Origin: Kiritimatiellia bacterium | Lineage (GTDB): Bacteria > Verrucomicrobiota > Kiritimatiellia > RFP12 > UBA1067 | Reading direction: 5' to 3' | Assembly (NCBI GenBank): GCA_045599445.1 | Contig: JAZRWB010000061.1 | Span: 12,623 to 76,622, forward strand | DNA length: 64,000 nt | The notes under the pieces: generated by a model | The model's database searches: none | What the model saw: only the letters and a program-made list of their open reading frames with translations | What the model was told of the DNA's origin: nothing | In this document: positions 37,476 through 47,075 of the stretch, one piece after another | Layout of the letters: each line of letters starts with the position of its first letter | Position numbering within the stretch: the first letter of the stretch is position 1 | Program-made: the position numbers and the translations under genes

Positions 37476-37721
37476 TCAAATTCTCCGCGAAGTAACCTCG
37501 ATCACATTCACGCAATTTCGCAGTTGCAAAATGATCTGCTTGACGACGCGTTCGCTGCCCAAGACGTCGATTCGCATGCGCGAAACGGTTCCGTCCTCGG
37601 TCGGCCCCACGTTCAGCATCTGGATGTTGTAGCCGCGGCCGGAAATAAGCCCCACGATCCGCGCCAACACGCCCGGCCGATTCTCCACGAAGCAATTGAG
37701 ACGGTGAATTTCATCCTTCAT
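37476..37721 (-). CDS. ilvN: Acetolactate synthase small subunit (ACT domain only)
   Basis: 81 aa. ACT fold RPGVLARIVGLISGRGYNIQML. 4-bp overlap with ilvB. Confidence 0.75.
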   Translation of the reverse strand: MKDEIHRLNCFVENRPGVLARIVGLISGRGYNIQMLNVGPTEDGTVSRMRIDVLGSERVVKQIILQLRNCVNVIEVTSRRI

Positions 37722-39346
37722 ACGTTCGCCTCCCCGTCGACGACGATCTCGACCAGCGTCGGACGCTTGGCGCGAATCGCCTTCGCGACGACCCTCGCGA
37801 GACGCTTAGGATCGCTCACTCGAACGCCCTTAATGCCGTAGGCCGAGGCGAGGCGCACGAAATCCGGCGATTTGAGCGCGGTCGCCGAACGCCTGCCGCC
37901 GAACGATTCGTCCTGCATTTGGCGAACCAGCCCGAGCCATCCGTTGTTGATTACGAAGAAGGTTATCGGCAACTTCTCCTCCGCAGCCACAATCAGCTCC
38001 TCGCTCGTCATCTGCGCCCCGCCGTCGCCGACGACCGCGACGACCTTCGCATCGCTCCGCGCAATGGCCGCGCCAATCGCCGCCGGTATCGCAAACCCCA
38101 TCGTCCCCATGCCGCCGGAGGAAATGAAACGCCTCGGCGCGACGTGCCTAATATACTTCGCACACCACATTTGATGCTGTCCGACGTCGGCGACCAGAAT
38201 CGCCCTTCCCTTGGTCGCCGCCGAAATCGCCTCGATCGCCTCCTGCGGCATGATGACACCGCGATGCAAACGGCGATACGCGTTTTCGCGTCCGAACTCG
38301 ACGAGGCGTCTTACCCACGATTCGTGCCGCGCCGCCCTCACTCGCGAGGCGACCGTGGTCAGAAGATCCTTCACGTCCGCGACGATGCCGAGCGAAACGG
38401 TAACGTTCTTGTCGATGGACGAAGCGTCGCAGTCCACATGCACAATCTTCGCGCGCCGCGCGTACTTGGAAACCTCGCCGGTCACCCGATCGTTGAACCT
38501 GACTCCCAGCGCCAAAATGAGATCGGCCTCGGCAATCGCCGCGTTCGCCGCTCGCGTTCCGTACATTCCCGCCATTCCGAGCGCAAGATGATTCGTTTCG
38601 TCGAACGCCCCGACGCCGGTAAGCGTCGTCACGACCGGAATCTCGGCTTTCGCGGCAAGCGCGGCGACGTCGCTCGCGGCATTGGCCGCGATAACTCCGC
38701 CGCCGGCGTAAATCACCGGCCGCTTCGCCTCGTTGATCATTCGCGCGAGTCGGGAAATCTGACGCGGCGCGGCGGCGACCTCGGGATGGTACGCCCGAAG
38801 CGCGATGCGCTCGGGATACTGGGCGGCGGTAAGCTCCTCCTGAACGTTTCGCGGCAAGTCTATCACCACCGCGCCCGGCTTGCCGTGCGTCGCGATGTAA
38901 AAGGCCTCGGCCACGGTCTCGGGAATTTCGTCCGCGCTCTTGACGAGGAAGCTGTGCTTGGTCGCCGCGCGGCAAATTCCGGTCATGTCCGCTTCCTGGA
39001 AGGCGTCGGTGCCGATTTGCGAAAGCGGGACCTGCCCCGAGACGAGCACCATCGGCACGCCGTCCATATTCGCGGTCGCGAGCCCGGTAATCGCGTTGGT
39101 CGCTCCGGGACCGGAAGTTACGATGACGACGCCGGGCTTGCCGGTGGCGCGGGCGTACCCGTCGGCCATGTGCGTCGAACCCTGCTCGTGGCGACCCAAG
39201 ACGAACTTGAAACGCGCGGTGCGAATGCAGTCGAAGATATCGACGACATTACCGCCCGGATAGCCGAACACCACCTCGACGCCGGCTTTTTCCAAACTCT
39301 CCACCAACGCCTTGGCGCCGGTTCTCGTACCTCTCGCGGAAGCCAT
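37718..39346 (-). CDS. ilvB: Acetolactate synthase large subunit
   Basis: TPP-binding GDGG...NN motifs. Start taken at MASARGTRTG because the -10 TGGTATAAT ends 6 nt upstream, predicting a leaderless mRNA. Confidence 0.9.
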   Translation of the reverse strand: MASARGTRTGAKALVESLEKAGVEVVFGYPGGNVVDIFDCIRTARFKFVLGRHEQGSTHMADGYARATGKPGVVIVTSGPGATNAITGLATANMDGVPMVLVSGQVPLSQIGTDAFQEADMTGICRAATKHSFLVKSADEIPETVAEAFYIATHGKPGAVVIDLPRNVQEELTAAQYPERIALRAYHPEVAAAPRQISRLARMINEAKRPVIYAGGGVIAANAASDVAALAAKAEIPVVTTLTGVGAFDETNHLALGMAGMYGTRAANAAIAEADLILALGVRFNDRVTGEVSKYARRAKIVHVDCDASSIDKNVTVSLGIVADVKDLLTTVASRVRAARHESWVRRLVEFGRENAYRRLHRGVIMPQEAIEAISAATKGRAILVADVGQHQMWCAKYIRHVAPRRFISSGGMGTMGFAIPAAIGAAIARSDAKVVAVVGDGGAQMTSEELIVAAEEKLPITFFVINNGWLGLVRQMQDESFGGRRSATALKSPDFVRLASAYGIKGVRVSDPKRLARVVAKAIRAKRPTLVEIVVDGEANV

Positions 39347-39353
39347 GCGGATA

Positions 39354-40463
39354 TTATACCAAAACCAGCTCGAAAACACACCCCGAAGGACGATTGCGCG
39401 AAACCGAAAGTTCGCCGCCCATCGCCCGCGCCGCCTCGCGCGCGTTGCAAAGTCCGATGCCGAAGCCGCCCTTCCCGCTCTTCGTGGCGCTTTTCGCCCG
39501 ATAGTAACGATTGAAAGCGCGTTTCAGGTCGCGCTTTTCCATTCCCGGCCCGCAATCGACGAATTTAACCGACGCGCCCTTTTGCCCGCCGGACACGCAC
39601 ACCTCGACCGAACCGTACGGCGCGGCGTATTTAAGATCGTTGGCGAAGAGATTCCAGAGAATTTGCGCCAGCAACGTGCGGTCGGCGCTCGCTTCGACCG
39701 GCCCTTCGTGGATTATCGCCACGTCCTTGCCGTCAAAGCAATCCCGGTAATCGGGCGCGAAAGAGGCGTACGCCTCCTTCACGGCTTGAACGAGGTCGAG
39801 CTTTTCCATCTTCGGTTTTGGACGTCTGCCGCCCGCACGCAGAAACTCGCGAATGTTGCGCACCAAAAACTGCATTTGCCCGACGATCCGCTTGGCCTCC
39901 GCGTCGTCGCGACCGATGATGAACTCCAACGCCGCGAGCGGCGTCGTAAGATCATGCGCGCTCGCCGCCATGAAATCTTCGCGCTCGGCGAGAAACCTCC
40001 GCCACCGCCTGAGCCCCGCGTTGGTGACGACGAGGAAAAACGCGAACACCGACGCTCCCGTCACTCCATAGACAAGCGCGATATCGCGCTCGGGAATCGC
40101 CTCTACCCATAACGCCAAAATCTCCTCCGATTTCGGCGGACGATACCAAACGAGCTTATCGGAGAGTACGTGTTTACCGTGTTTGATTCCCCAGGTTCCG
40201 CGCCCCAATCGACCGAGCGATTTCGCGTTCCCCGCCGGCATCGCCCGAACGTCCTTCGCCTCGCCGTCCTTGATGGTCTCGGCGATTTCACGATACTTCG
40301 CCTCCACTCTCGCCTTTTCCGTCGCCTCCAACCGAGGCAGTTCGTGCAGGAAGAATACGACTCCGATTGCGACAACCGCCAAAAGCGGCATCGCAATCAA
40401 AAACTCGGTGAAGAAAAAGCGCGGCTTTTTCATAATCCGAGCAAGCGCCGCGCCGCCGCCATT
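39354..40463 (-). CDS. Sensor histidine kinase (orphan, no adjacent response regulator)
   Basis: N-terminal TM, H-box HDLTTPLAALEF, C-terminal HATPase_c (G-boxes). Confidence 0.75.
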   Translation of the reverse strand, partial: NGGGAALARIMKKPRFFFTEFLIAMPLLAVVAIGVVFFLHELPRLEATEKARVEAKYREIAETIKDGEAKDVRAMPAGNAKSLGRLGRGTWGIKHGKHVLSDKLVWYRPPKSEEILALWVEAIPERDIALVYGVTGASVFAFFLVVTNAGLRRWRRFLAEREDFMAASAHDLTTPLAALEFIIGRDDAEAKRIVGQMQFLVRNIREFLRAGGRRPKPKMEKLDLVQAVKEAYASFAPDYRDCFDGKDVAIIHEGPVEASADRTLLAQILWNLFANDLKYAAPYGSVEVCVSGGQKGASVKFVDCGPGMEKRDLKRAFNRYYRAKSATKSGKGGFGIGLCNAREAARAMGGELSVSRNRPSGCVFELVLV

Positions 40464-41335
40464 TCCGAAGAAAGGTCGATCTTGCGCGCGCCGCCGACGT
40501 AACCCGCCTTTTCCAGATTCTCGACGAACCGCCGGAACTTGTGCTGGCCGGGATTCAAGTTGTCGAGCGCGATCACCTCGGCGACGCCGAAAGTGCACGC
40601 CTCGGAAAGCATCCCCGTCGACTCGGCGGTGACGTAGAGCTTTTTCGCGAGTTTCACAAACGCGGGAATCGGATTAAAATGGTCGCGGGAATAAATAAGC
40701 TTGTAATCCCACGGATACGAATCGACGAGCGCTTCCACTTCCGGCGGTGTGCGCCGCGAAGTCGTAACCGCCTTCGCGCCCGAAACGGCGAAGATTTCGT
40801 CGAGCTTCGCCTTCATCCACTCCTTCGTCATCGTCGAGCACTTGTTGGGCCCGCCGACGATAACCGCGATCTCCGGCTTAACTTTCGTGCGCTTCTTGAA
40901 TTCTTCCACGCCCTTTGCGTAAAACGCTTCATCGTTGGCGACGAGATTCGCCGGTATCTCGACGACGTTCTTCGCCTTCGCCGGTCGGTCGAACGCCGGC
41001 GCGAGCACGCAATCGAAGCTCTTCAAATCGTAACCGCGAGGATAAAGAACGACCGCGCACTTTTTTCCCGCCTTGCGCGCCGCCGCCTTCGCCGCGTAGA
41101 ACGTCCCCGACCCGGTGCCAATCGCGACCGCGCAGTCCTCGGCTTCCGGCGAGCGGTCGAAAAGCCAAGTCGCCGTCCTAAGGCCGATTCGGTCGAGGAG
41201 ATAGGAAAGCGCCTTGTGCGCCTTCGAACGAAAATGGACTTCGACGACTTCCGCCTCCAATCCAAGCGCGCGGGCGAGCGCCCTCGACTGGTTTTCGTGG
41301 CCCGCCTTGCCGTCGGTCAGAATCAGCGCCTTCAC
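40430..41335 (-). CDS. ELM1/DUF1022-family protein (predicted nucleotide-sugar/glycosyltransferase-like)
   Basis: ALILTDGKAGHENQSRALARALGL. GTG start at 41335 in a GTGA overlap with the nrnA stop. The Arg-rich ORF-track N-terminus is rejected. Confidence 0.5.
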   Translation of the reverse strand: MKALILTDGKAGHENQSRALARALGLEAEVVEVHFRSKAHKALSYLLDRIGLRTATWLFDRSPEAEDCAVAIGTGSGTFYAAKAAARKAGKKCAVVLYPRGYDLKSFDCVLAPAFDRPAKAKNVVEIPANLVANDEAFYAKGVEEFKKRTKVKPEIAVIVGGPNKCSTMTKEWMKAKLDEIFAVSGAKAVTTSRRTPPEVEALVDSYPWDYKLIYSRDHFNPIPAFVKLAKKLYVTAESTGMLSEACTFGVAEVIALDNLNPGQHKFRRFVENLEKAGYVGGARKIDLSSEMAAARRLLGL

Positions 41336-42360
41336 AGCTTGATCTCCGGGATGCGCATCGTCTTGCGGCAAGCGCTTTTCAATAGCTCCTTCACCGCCGC
41401 GCGCATCATTCGCTTCGCCGACCCCATCGAGGCGGTGATGGTGCAACCCGCCGCCTTCAGATGTCCGCCGCCGCCGAACTTGGCGGCGAGCTTCGTCGCG
41501 TCCCACTCGCCGCGCGTCCGAATCGAGCAGCGAATCTCCCGCGTCCGATCGGGAATTTGGTAAAAAAATAGCGCAATCTCGTTTCTGGCAACCGAGCGCG
41601 GAATCTCGATTACATCCTCGGCATCGGCCTTGGTTCCGCGAACGGCGCGAAAATCGGCGCGCGTAAGCGTCACCTCGGCGACCTTGCGATTCTTCCAGAT
41701 GCGCAAGCTCCGCCACGCGATGCGCTTAAGCTCGATCGCCTTGCGCGAAAAAGTTCCGTAGAGAATGTCGTTGATGAGCGCCGTCCGAACGCCGTAACCA
41801 ACAAGGTCGCCCGCCGCCCGAAGCGTTTCCTTGCGCGTCGAATCGTAAGCGAAGCGCCCCGAATCGGTGACGATCGCGACCCACAGCGCCTCGGCGATGG
41901 CGCGATCCAGCTTCCACTCGTTCCACTTCGCGAGCCGCCAGACTATCTCGCCGGTCGAGGAAGCGCCCGGCTCGACGATCGAGACGTCGGCGAACGCGCC
42001 GTCGTTGGTGAGATGGTGGTCGATGCAGAGCTTGGGCAGCTTCTCGGCGACCGGCCGCACTTCCGGCGGCATGCGCTCGAACGACGCGCAATCGACGGCG
42101 ATGAAAAGATCGAACTTGCGCTGCCGCTTCAAGCGACGCACGGGTATCAAGTCCTCGACTCCCTCCAGAAAGCCGGGCTTCCCCAGCGCGTTCAAGTCCG
42201 CCGTCGCGTAGGCGTCGAAGCCCGCGCCGCGCAAAAGTCGCGCGAGCGCGATCATCGAACCTAAAGAATCCCCATCCGGGCTAAGATGACCCGAGATGAG
42301 GATTCGTTTCGCGCCGTTCAGCAGCTTTCGCGCCGAGGCGTAGTTTTCCTTAGTCGACAA
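41332..42360 (-). CDS. nrnA: DHH-family phosphoesterase NrnA (oligoribonuclease/pAp phosphatase)
   Basis: DHH motifs [19 protein letters not shown] in CIDHH, plus DHHA1 GGGHLKAAG. Confidence 0.8.
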   Translation of the reverse strand: MSTKENYASARKLLNGAKRILISGHLSPDGDSLGSMIALARLLRGAGFDAYATADLNALGKPGFLEGVEDLIPVRRLKRQRKFDLFIAVDCASFERMPPEVRPVAEKLPKLCIDHHLTNDGAFADVSIVEPGASSTGEIVWRLAKWNEWKLDRAIAEALWVAIVTDSGRFAYDSTRKETLRAAGDLVGYGVRTALINDILYGTFSRKAIELKRIAWRSLRIWKNRKVAEVTLTRADFRAVRGTKADAEDVIEIPRSVARNEIALFFYQIPDRTREIRCSIRTRGEWDATKLAAKFGGGGHLKAAGCTITASMGSAKRMMRAAVKELLKSACRKTMRIPEIKL

Positions 42361-42583
42361 TAGTAACGACCTTGCCGTCCTTGACGAACTTCACCTTTCC
42401 GTCCTTGAGGGCGAAGAGGGTAAAATCGCGTCCCTGGCCGACGTTCTTGCCGGGATGGATCTTCGTGCCGCGCTGGCGAACGATGATCGAGCCGGTCTTG
42501 AGGAATTGGCCGTCGTATGCCTTGACCCCGAGGAACTGGGGGTTGGAGTCGCGACCGTTGCGAGCCGATGCGGAAGTAGCCAT
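42350..42583 (-). CDS. rpmA: 50S ribosomal protein L27
   Basis: [17 protein letters not shown]...[15 protein letters not shown] signature. Confidence 0.9.
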   Translation of the reverse strand: MATSASARNGRDSNPQFLGVKAYDGQFLKTGSIIVRQRGTKIHPGKNVGQGRDFTLFALKDGKVKFVKDGKVVTIVD

Positions 42584-42599
42584 TTTCTATCCTCCTTGA

Positions 42600-42914
42600 T
42601 TAGGCGATCGCCTTGACGGTGGCGACGGTCAACTGCTGCCGGTGACCGACTTTCCGGCGTTCGCCCTTGCGGCGCTTGGCCTTGAAATTCACGACCTTCT
42701 TGCCCTTGACGATGCCGTCGATCGAGAGCGTGACCTTCGCGCCCGCGACATAGGGAGAACCAACCTTGAGCGTGGTGCCGTCCGATACGGCGCAAACCGT
42801 GTCGAGAACCGCTTCCTTGCCCGCTTCGACCGAGAGCTTTTCAATCTCGATCTTGTCACCGACCCTGACAAGCGTCTGCTTGCCGCCGGTTTCGAGTACA
42901 GCGTATGCTTCCAT
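42600..42914 (-). CDS. rplU: 50S ribosomal protein L21
   Basis: MEAYAVLETGGKQ...V..G start. An extended -10 (TGATACAAT) plus leader lie at 42960-43000. Confidence 0.9.
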   Translation of the reverse strand: MEAYAVLETGGKQTLVRVGDKIEIEKLSVEAGKEAVLDTVCAVSDGTTLKVGSPYVAGAKVTLSIDGIVKGKKVVNFKAKRRKGERRKVGHRQQLTVATVKAIA

Positions 42915-42984
42915 TGTTACTTTCCTTTGCTTCTTGCCTTCCTTGTGGAAACCTCTCCACGAAAGGCTAAGTTCACGTATTGTA

Positions 42985-43839
42985 TCAAAAATCCGCCGCT
43001 TTGGTCAATAGCCCGCTCGTCCACTCGCCAAACGTCTTGCGCGAAAGCTCCTTAAAGCCACGCTTCGCGTACGCCGCGAGGACTTCTTCGTAAATTTCGC
43101 TCAAAATTCCGGAAATGACCAGCTTTCCGCCGACATACTCGACGATTTCATCCGCAAAGCGAACGAGCAACGGCCCCAAGATATTGGCGACGACCAAATC
43201 GTACTTCTTCTCCGCCTTCCCCGCGCCGCTCGTCCTCCCCAAGGCGAACTTGAAATACTCGACCGGCGCGTCGTTCTTCTTCGCGTTTTCGATCGACGCG
43301 TCCACCGCTTCCTGGTCGACGTCAAATCCCCTTACCGGCTTAAAGCCAAGTTTGGCGGCGGCGATGGAAAGAATCCCCGAGCCGCACCCCATGTCGAGAA
43401 AGGATCCGCCCTCGTCCGCAAGCTCGTCGATGAACTCAAGACACGCGCGGGTCGTTTCGTGCTTGCCCGTGCCGAACGCCATTCCGGGATCGAGTACAAT
43501 CGAGAGCCGCTCGCCTTCCGGAACTTTCTCCCACGCGGGAACGACGACGAGCCGCCGACCGATTTCCTCGGTCTTGAAGTGGCGACGATACGCGTACCGC
43601 CAATCCTCGTCGGCGATTTCGCCCGCCTCGATTTCGCGCTCGACGCCGACGATCTCCATCGCGCTCTTCAGCGCCTTTTGCGCACCCTCGCGCTCGCTCT
43701 CGCGCTCGAAATAGATGCGCATCCTCGTTTCGCTCTCCTCGATGTCGCGATACGAGGACAATATGAAATCCCCTCCGTCGAACACTTCAAAGAGGGGATT
43801 TACGAACCGTTCCGGAACGGAACAGCTGACGAAAAACAT
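42985..43839 (-). CDS. prmA: Ribosomal protein L11 methyltransferase PrmA
   Basis: SAM motif LDMGCGSGILSIAA, FDV...DI. Start at MFFVSCSVPE in a TAATG overlap with the upstream small ORF. Confidence 0.8.
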   Translation of the reverse strand: MFFVSCSVPERFVNPLFEVFDGGDFILSSYRDIEESETRMRIYFERESEREGAQKALKSAMEIVGVEREIEAGEIADEDWRYAYRRHFKTEEIGRRLVVVPAWEKVPEGERLSIVLDPGMAFGTGKHETTRACLEFIDELADEGGSFLDMGCGSGILSIAAAKLGFKPVRGFDVDQEAVDASIENAKKNDAPVEYFKFALGRTSGAGKAEKKYDLVVANILGPLLVRFADEIVEYVGGKLVISGILSEIYEEVLAAYAKRGFKELSRKTFGEWTSGLLTKAADF

Positions 43840-44051
43840 TACTTCGCCTTCTTGGCGACGAGCTTCTTGACCACCGTCGGACGCTGCACCAAAACGCGCA
43901 CTTCCTCGTCGCCCATGAGTTTCACGTCCTCGGCCTTCATGCCGAACTTCACGAGCCGTGCGCGTTGCGCCTTGTTCTTGCGCACCTTGCCGGCGGGCGT
44001 CTTGCACGGACGAACGTGAGATTCCTTGCGGAGTGTACGACCAGTACCCAT
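43839..44051 (-). CDS. Small basic Lys/Arg-rich protein (ribosomal-protein-like, possibly bL28)
   Basis: 70 aa, highly basic, ESHVRP...RVLV. Preceded by an extended -10 (TGATATAAT) and a ~40-nt hairpin-containing leader, as in ribosomal protein operons. Family is uncertain. Confidence 0.3.
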   Translation of the reverse strand: MGTGRTLRKESHVRPCKTPAGKVRKNKAQRARLVKFGMKAEDVKLMGDEEVRVLVQRPTVVKKLVAKKAK

Positions 44052-44117
44052 TTCTTCTTCTCTCTTTCCGTTGATGAAAACAACGGTGCGTATTATATCA
44101 AAACGCCGTGCGTTGCG

Positions 44118-44969
44118 TCAACGCAGGTCTTGCGCACTCTCAATCCACTTCTTGAGCTCGGCGGCGTAGTTGGCGACATCTTCGCGGATTTCCGTCGGCG
44201 CGATCTTGGCCTTCGCCTCGGCTTCGACGAGCAACGCGGAGAATTTCGGCAGAAACTCCTTCACGAGTACGCTCGATTCTCCGCGAAGCTCTTCACGGCT
44301 CTTGGTGTTGCCTTCCTTGGCCAGATTCTCCTCGATATACTTTCCGCAAGCCCGATTAAGTTCCGCGAAAATCGCCATATACTTGTCGTTGAGCGGCTTA
44401 ACCCACTCGTCGCCAAGCGCCTGCACCCTGACAAACGCATCCGGATCGACGGCGATGCCCTTCAAAAACTCGACGTACGCCTTAGCCCCGCCTTCACGAT
44501 AGGCACTGCTCTGAAAAACGATCGAACCGTCGCCCTTGAAGACGATCATCGACGGAAAGCCGCGAATATCGTACTTCTTTACCAACTCCGGATTCTTCAG
44601 CTTTGCGTTTTCGGAAAGAATATCCTTGTTGCGCGGTGAATCGATGTACACGAGCTCGTACTTGTCCTTCAACTCGGCGGCGAAGCTCGCGTCCGAAAAG
44701 ACCTCCTCCTCGAGCCGAATGCACCACCCGCACCAATCACTGCCGGAGAAGCAGGCGTAAACGAGCTTGCCCGACGATTTGGCGGAGGCAAGCGCACTTT
44801 CCAAGTCATCCGTAAAACCTTTGGGGGTAGAAGTCTTCACCTCCTCTGGCGTCTTCGTCTCCTCGACCTCGGGCGACTTCGTCGTCTCGACTTCGGCGGT
44901 GTTTTCCTCGTTCTTCTCGCAGCCGGTTAAAGCCAGCAGCGCCGACATCATAATAGCAGTATTTTTCAT
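44118..44969 (-). CDS. Thioredoxin-fold lipoprotein
   Basis: Lipobox LALTGCEK. Active site SGSDWCGWC. The TGGTATAAT -10 ends 4-7 nt before the ATG, predicting a leaderless mRNA. Confidence 0.65.
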   Translation of the reverse strand: MKNTAIMMSALLALTGCEKNEENTAEVETTKSPEVEETKTPEEVKTSTPKGFTDDLESALASAKSSGKLVYACFSGSDWCGWCIRLEEEVFSDASFAAELKDKYELVYIDSPRNKDILSENAKLKNPELVKKYDIRGFPSMIVFKGDGSIVFQSSAYREGGAKAYVEFLKGIAVDPDAFVRVQALGDEWVKPLNDKYMAIFAELNRACGKYIEENLAKEGNTKSREELRGESSVLVKEFLPKFSALLVEAEAKAKIAPTEIREDVANYAAELKKWIESAQDLR

Positions 44970-44997
44970 ATGTGGTATTATACCACAAAATCGCGCT

Positions 44998-46158
44998 TTA
45001 ACCAATCGACGAGGAAACTTTGAATACCGCCATCAAAATCGCAATCGCGACGAATCCGACGACGCCGGCGATGGCGACGATAAGAATCGGCTCCAATGCG
45101 TTGGTAAACGAGGCGATGTTGCGATCCATGTCCTTCTGGTAGCGCTTGCCGATGTTCTCCAATGCCGAAGGCATGTCGCCCGCCTGCTCGCCCACCGCGA
45201 GCATGTCGGTCATCATTCGCGGAAATACGCCCGAGGATGCGAGCGGGCCGGAAATCGTCGTGCCGTCGGTAACTCGTTGCCGCGCAGTCTTGAGCGCGTC
45301 TCCAATGACCGCGTTATTGCAAGTCTCTTCGCAAATCTTCAGCGCCTGCAAGACGTTGACGCCGTTCACCAGCAACGTCTTCAGCGTATAGGCGAGCGAC
45401 GAATACGCCCCCGAGGCGACGATGCCCTTGATAAGCGGCGCCTTGAGCTTCCACGCGTCGATCTTCCTTACTCCGTTCGGCGTCCGTTTCCAGCGCCTGA
45501 ACCACCAGACGAACGCCGCGAACGCGATCGCCATGAGCCATCCGTAGTGGATAAGTCCATCGGACATTCCGATCAGAATCTTCGTCGGTAGCGGCAACGT
45601 CGCGCCCATCGAATCGAACACCTTCTGGAACTGGGGAATGATCCACACCAACGCCCCGATGACCGCTACGACGCCGAAACAAAGAACGATTATCGGATAG
45701 GAAAGCGCGCTTTTGATCTTTCCGCGCATATTGTCGTCGCGCTCGTAATGATCGGCGAGCCGCCGCAAAACCTCCACCATCGCGCCCGAGGCCTCGCCTG
45801 CCCGAAGCATGTTCGAGAAAAGCGGCGGAAAGGTCTTCGGATGGCTCGCACACGCGGTGGAGAAGTTTTCGCCGCTCACGATCCGGTCGCAAAGATCCTG
45901 GCAGATCACTCGCTGCGCGGAATCCTCCTCGCCCTGATTCGCGAGCGCCTTGAGCGCCTGCCCGAGCGTCATTCCCGCCTCCAACAGGTCCGCGAGCTCC
46001 GAGACGAAGAGCAGCACCTCCACGCGCTTCATTTCGCTCTTGCGTTTCTTGCCGCCGATTTGCAGTTGCCAAATGGACCCGCTCGTCTTGGACGCGTCCG
46101 TTTTCGGCGAAGCGGTCGTCGTTGCGGCGGGTGCGGTGGCTCGTTTGGCGTATCCCAT
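44998..46158 (-). CDS. gspF: Type II secretion / type IV pilus platform protein (GspF/PilC family)
   Basis: Two GspF-type repeats and three TM segments. Start chosen at MGYAKRAT because the TGGTATAAT -10 ends 7 nt upstream (leaderless). No other T2SS/T4P genes are adjacent. Confidence 0.7.
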   Translation of the reverse strand: MGYAKRATAPAATTTASPKTDASKTSGSIWQLQIGGKKRKSEMKRVEVLLFVSELADLLEAGMTLGQALKALANQGEEDSAQRVICQDLCDRIVSGENFSTACASHPKTFPPLFSNMLRAGEASGAMVEVLRRLADHYERDDNMRGKIKSALSYPIIVLCFGVVAVIGALVWIIPQFQKVFDSMGATLPLPTKILIGMSDGLIHYGWLMAIAFAAFVWWFRRWKRTPNGVRKIDAWKLKAPLIKGIVASGAYSSLAYTLKTLLVNGVNVLQALKICEETCNNAVIGDALKTARQRVTDGTTISGPLASSGVFPRMMTDMLAVGEQAGDMPSALENIGKRYQKDMDRNIASFTNALEPILIVAIAGVVGFVAIAILMAVFKVSSSIG

Positions 46159-46186
46159 GTCGCTTATTATACCAAATTTACGCCGC

Positions 46187-47053
46187 TCAAAACCTCGGCA
46201 AGCGCGAAAGCGACTCGACGCGACCGAAATCGGCGAAGCGCATTCGCCAAATTCTTCCGTGCTCGTCTCGAAGTTCCCGGAGCCGCCGCTCGTCGCGCCG
46301 ATTGCACGCCGCGTCCACCAGTTGCGCGGCATATGCGATCTCCTTCGCCCAGTCGCTTCTCTCCGTCCACTTCTCGCAGGCGATGCGAATTCCACAGGCG
46401 ATTCCGGAAATCTCGTCCAGAATGCAATCGGTCAGCCCCGGATGTCGCGAATAGCCGATTGGCGAGGCGAGGATGTTGAAAAGCTCCGAACCGTCCGGTC
46501 TCATCGCACCGCCGCGCAAATAGAGCGTTCCGAGCTTCAAGAGGACGCCTCCGAGCGGCACGCCGAGAACGCGATCGAGCTCGCGCTCGAGATCCATCTT
46601 CGCCGACTTAGCGCCCGAGGACGCGAACGCGCCGCCCATCAGAATCGCGGGCAACGAAACGCAAAGCGGCTGCCAGTTGCAATCGTCGGCGAAGTCGACG
46701 ACGAGAAACCCCTTTGCGCCGCTCGCACGACCCTTCGTCTCCGCCTCGATCATCCGCTCGCGCATCTCCTCGACCCGTCCCGCGAGACTGCGCGCAGATT
46801 CGGTTTTCACGACCACCCGATCCGCGACTGCCTCGGCGTATGCGTCGCAATTCAGGAACTTCACGTCGATTCCCTGCATCCGGCAATACGCCGCAAGACG
46901 TTCCGCGTCGACGTCGTCCGGAATCGCCTTTTCCGCGAACAGCCAGAACTCGTTGTAACGATACGCGACGAGCGTATCGACGAGTTCCTCGAACGTCGAG
47001 CGCTTCGGCGTCCGCCCGCTTACGTCCAGCAAGTATCCGCGCTTCGAAAACAT
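46187..47053 (-). CDS. GH20-like (beta-hexosaminidase catalytic-domain-like) protein, short or possibly degenerate
   Basis: RGYLLDVSGRTPKRSTFEELVDTLVAYRYNEFWL resembles the GH20 RG(L/M)xLDVxR...L...N.lH.H block. The catalytic DE pair was not identified. 288 aa. Confidence 0.3.
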   Translation of the reverse strand: MFSKRGYLLDVSGRTPKRSTFEELVDTLVAYRYNEFWLFAEKAIPDDVDAERLAAYCRMQGIDVKFLNCDAYAEAVADRVVVKTESARSLAGRVEEMRERMIEAETKGRASGAKGFLVVDFADDCNWQPLCVSLPAILMGGAFASSGAKSAKMDLERELDRVLGVPLGGVLLKLGTLYLRGGAMRPDGSELFNILASPIGYSRHPGLTDCILDEISGIACGIRIACEKWTERSDWAKEIAYAAQLVDAACNRRDERRLRELRDEHGRIWRMRFADFGRVESLSRLPRF

Positions 47054-47075
47054 GGAGGCGCCTTAAGCGCCGTTC

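Noticed and set aside
39347-39379. Longer N-termini for ilvB, gspF (to 46395), the thioredoxin lipoprotein (to 45005), the ELM1-like gene (to 41716), the OMP (to 30214) and the ATPase (to 15107)
   Set aside because: The extensions are Arg-rich and overlap upstream genes. Internal Mets align with family N-termini and sit right after consensus -10 or RBS elements.
47054-47075. Hairpin ggcgc-cttaa-gcgcc between thrS and the GH20-like gene as a terminator
   Set aside because: The stem is only 5 bp, there is no U-run, and it directly abuts the next start codon. It is more likely incidental or a start-site occluding element.
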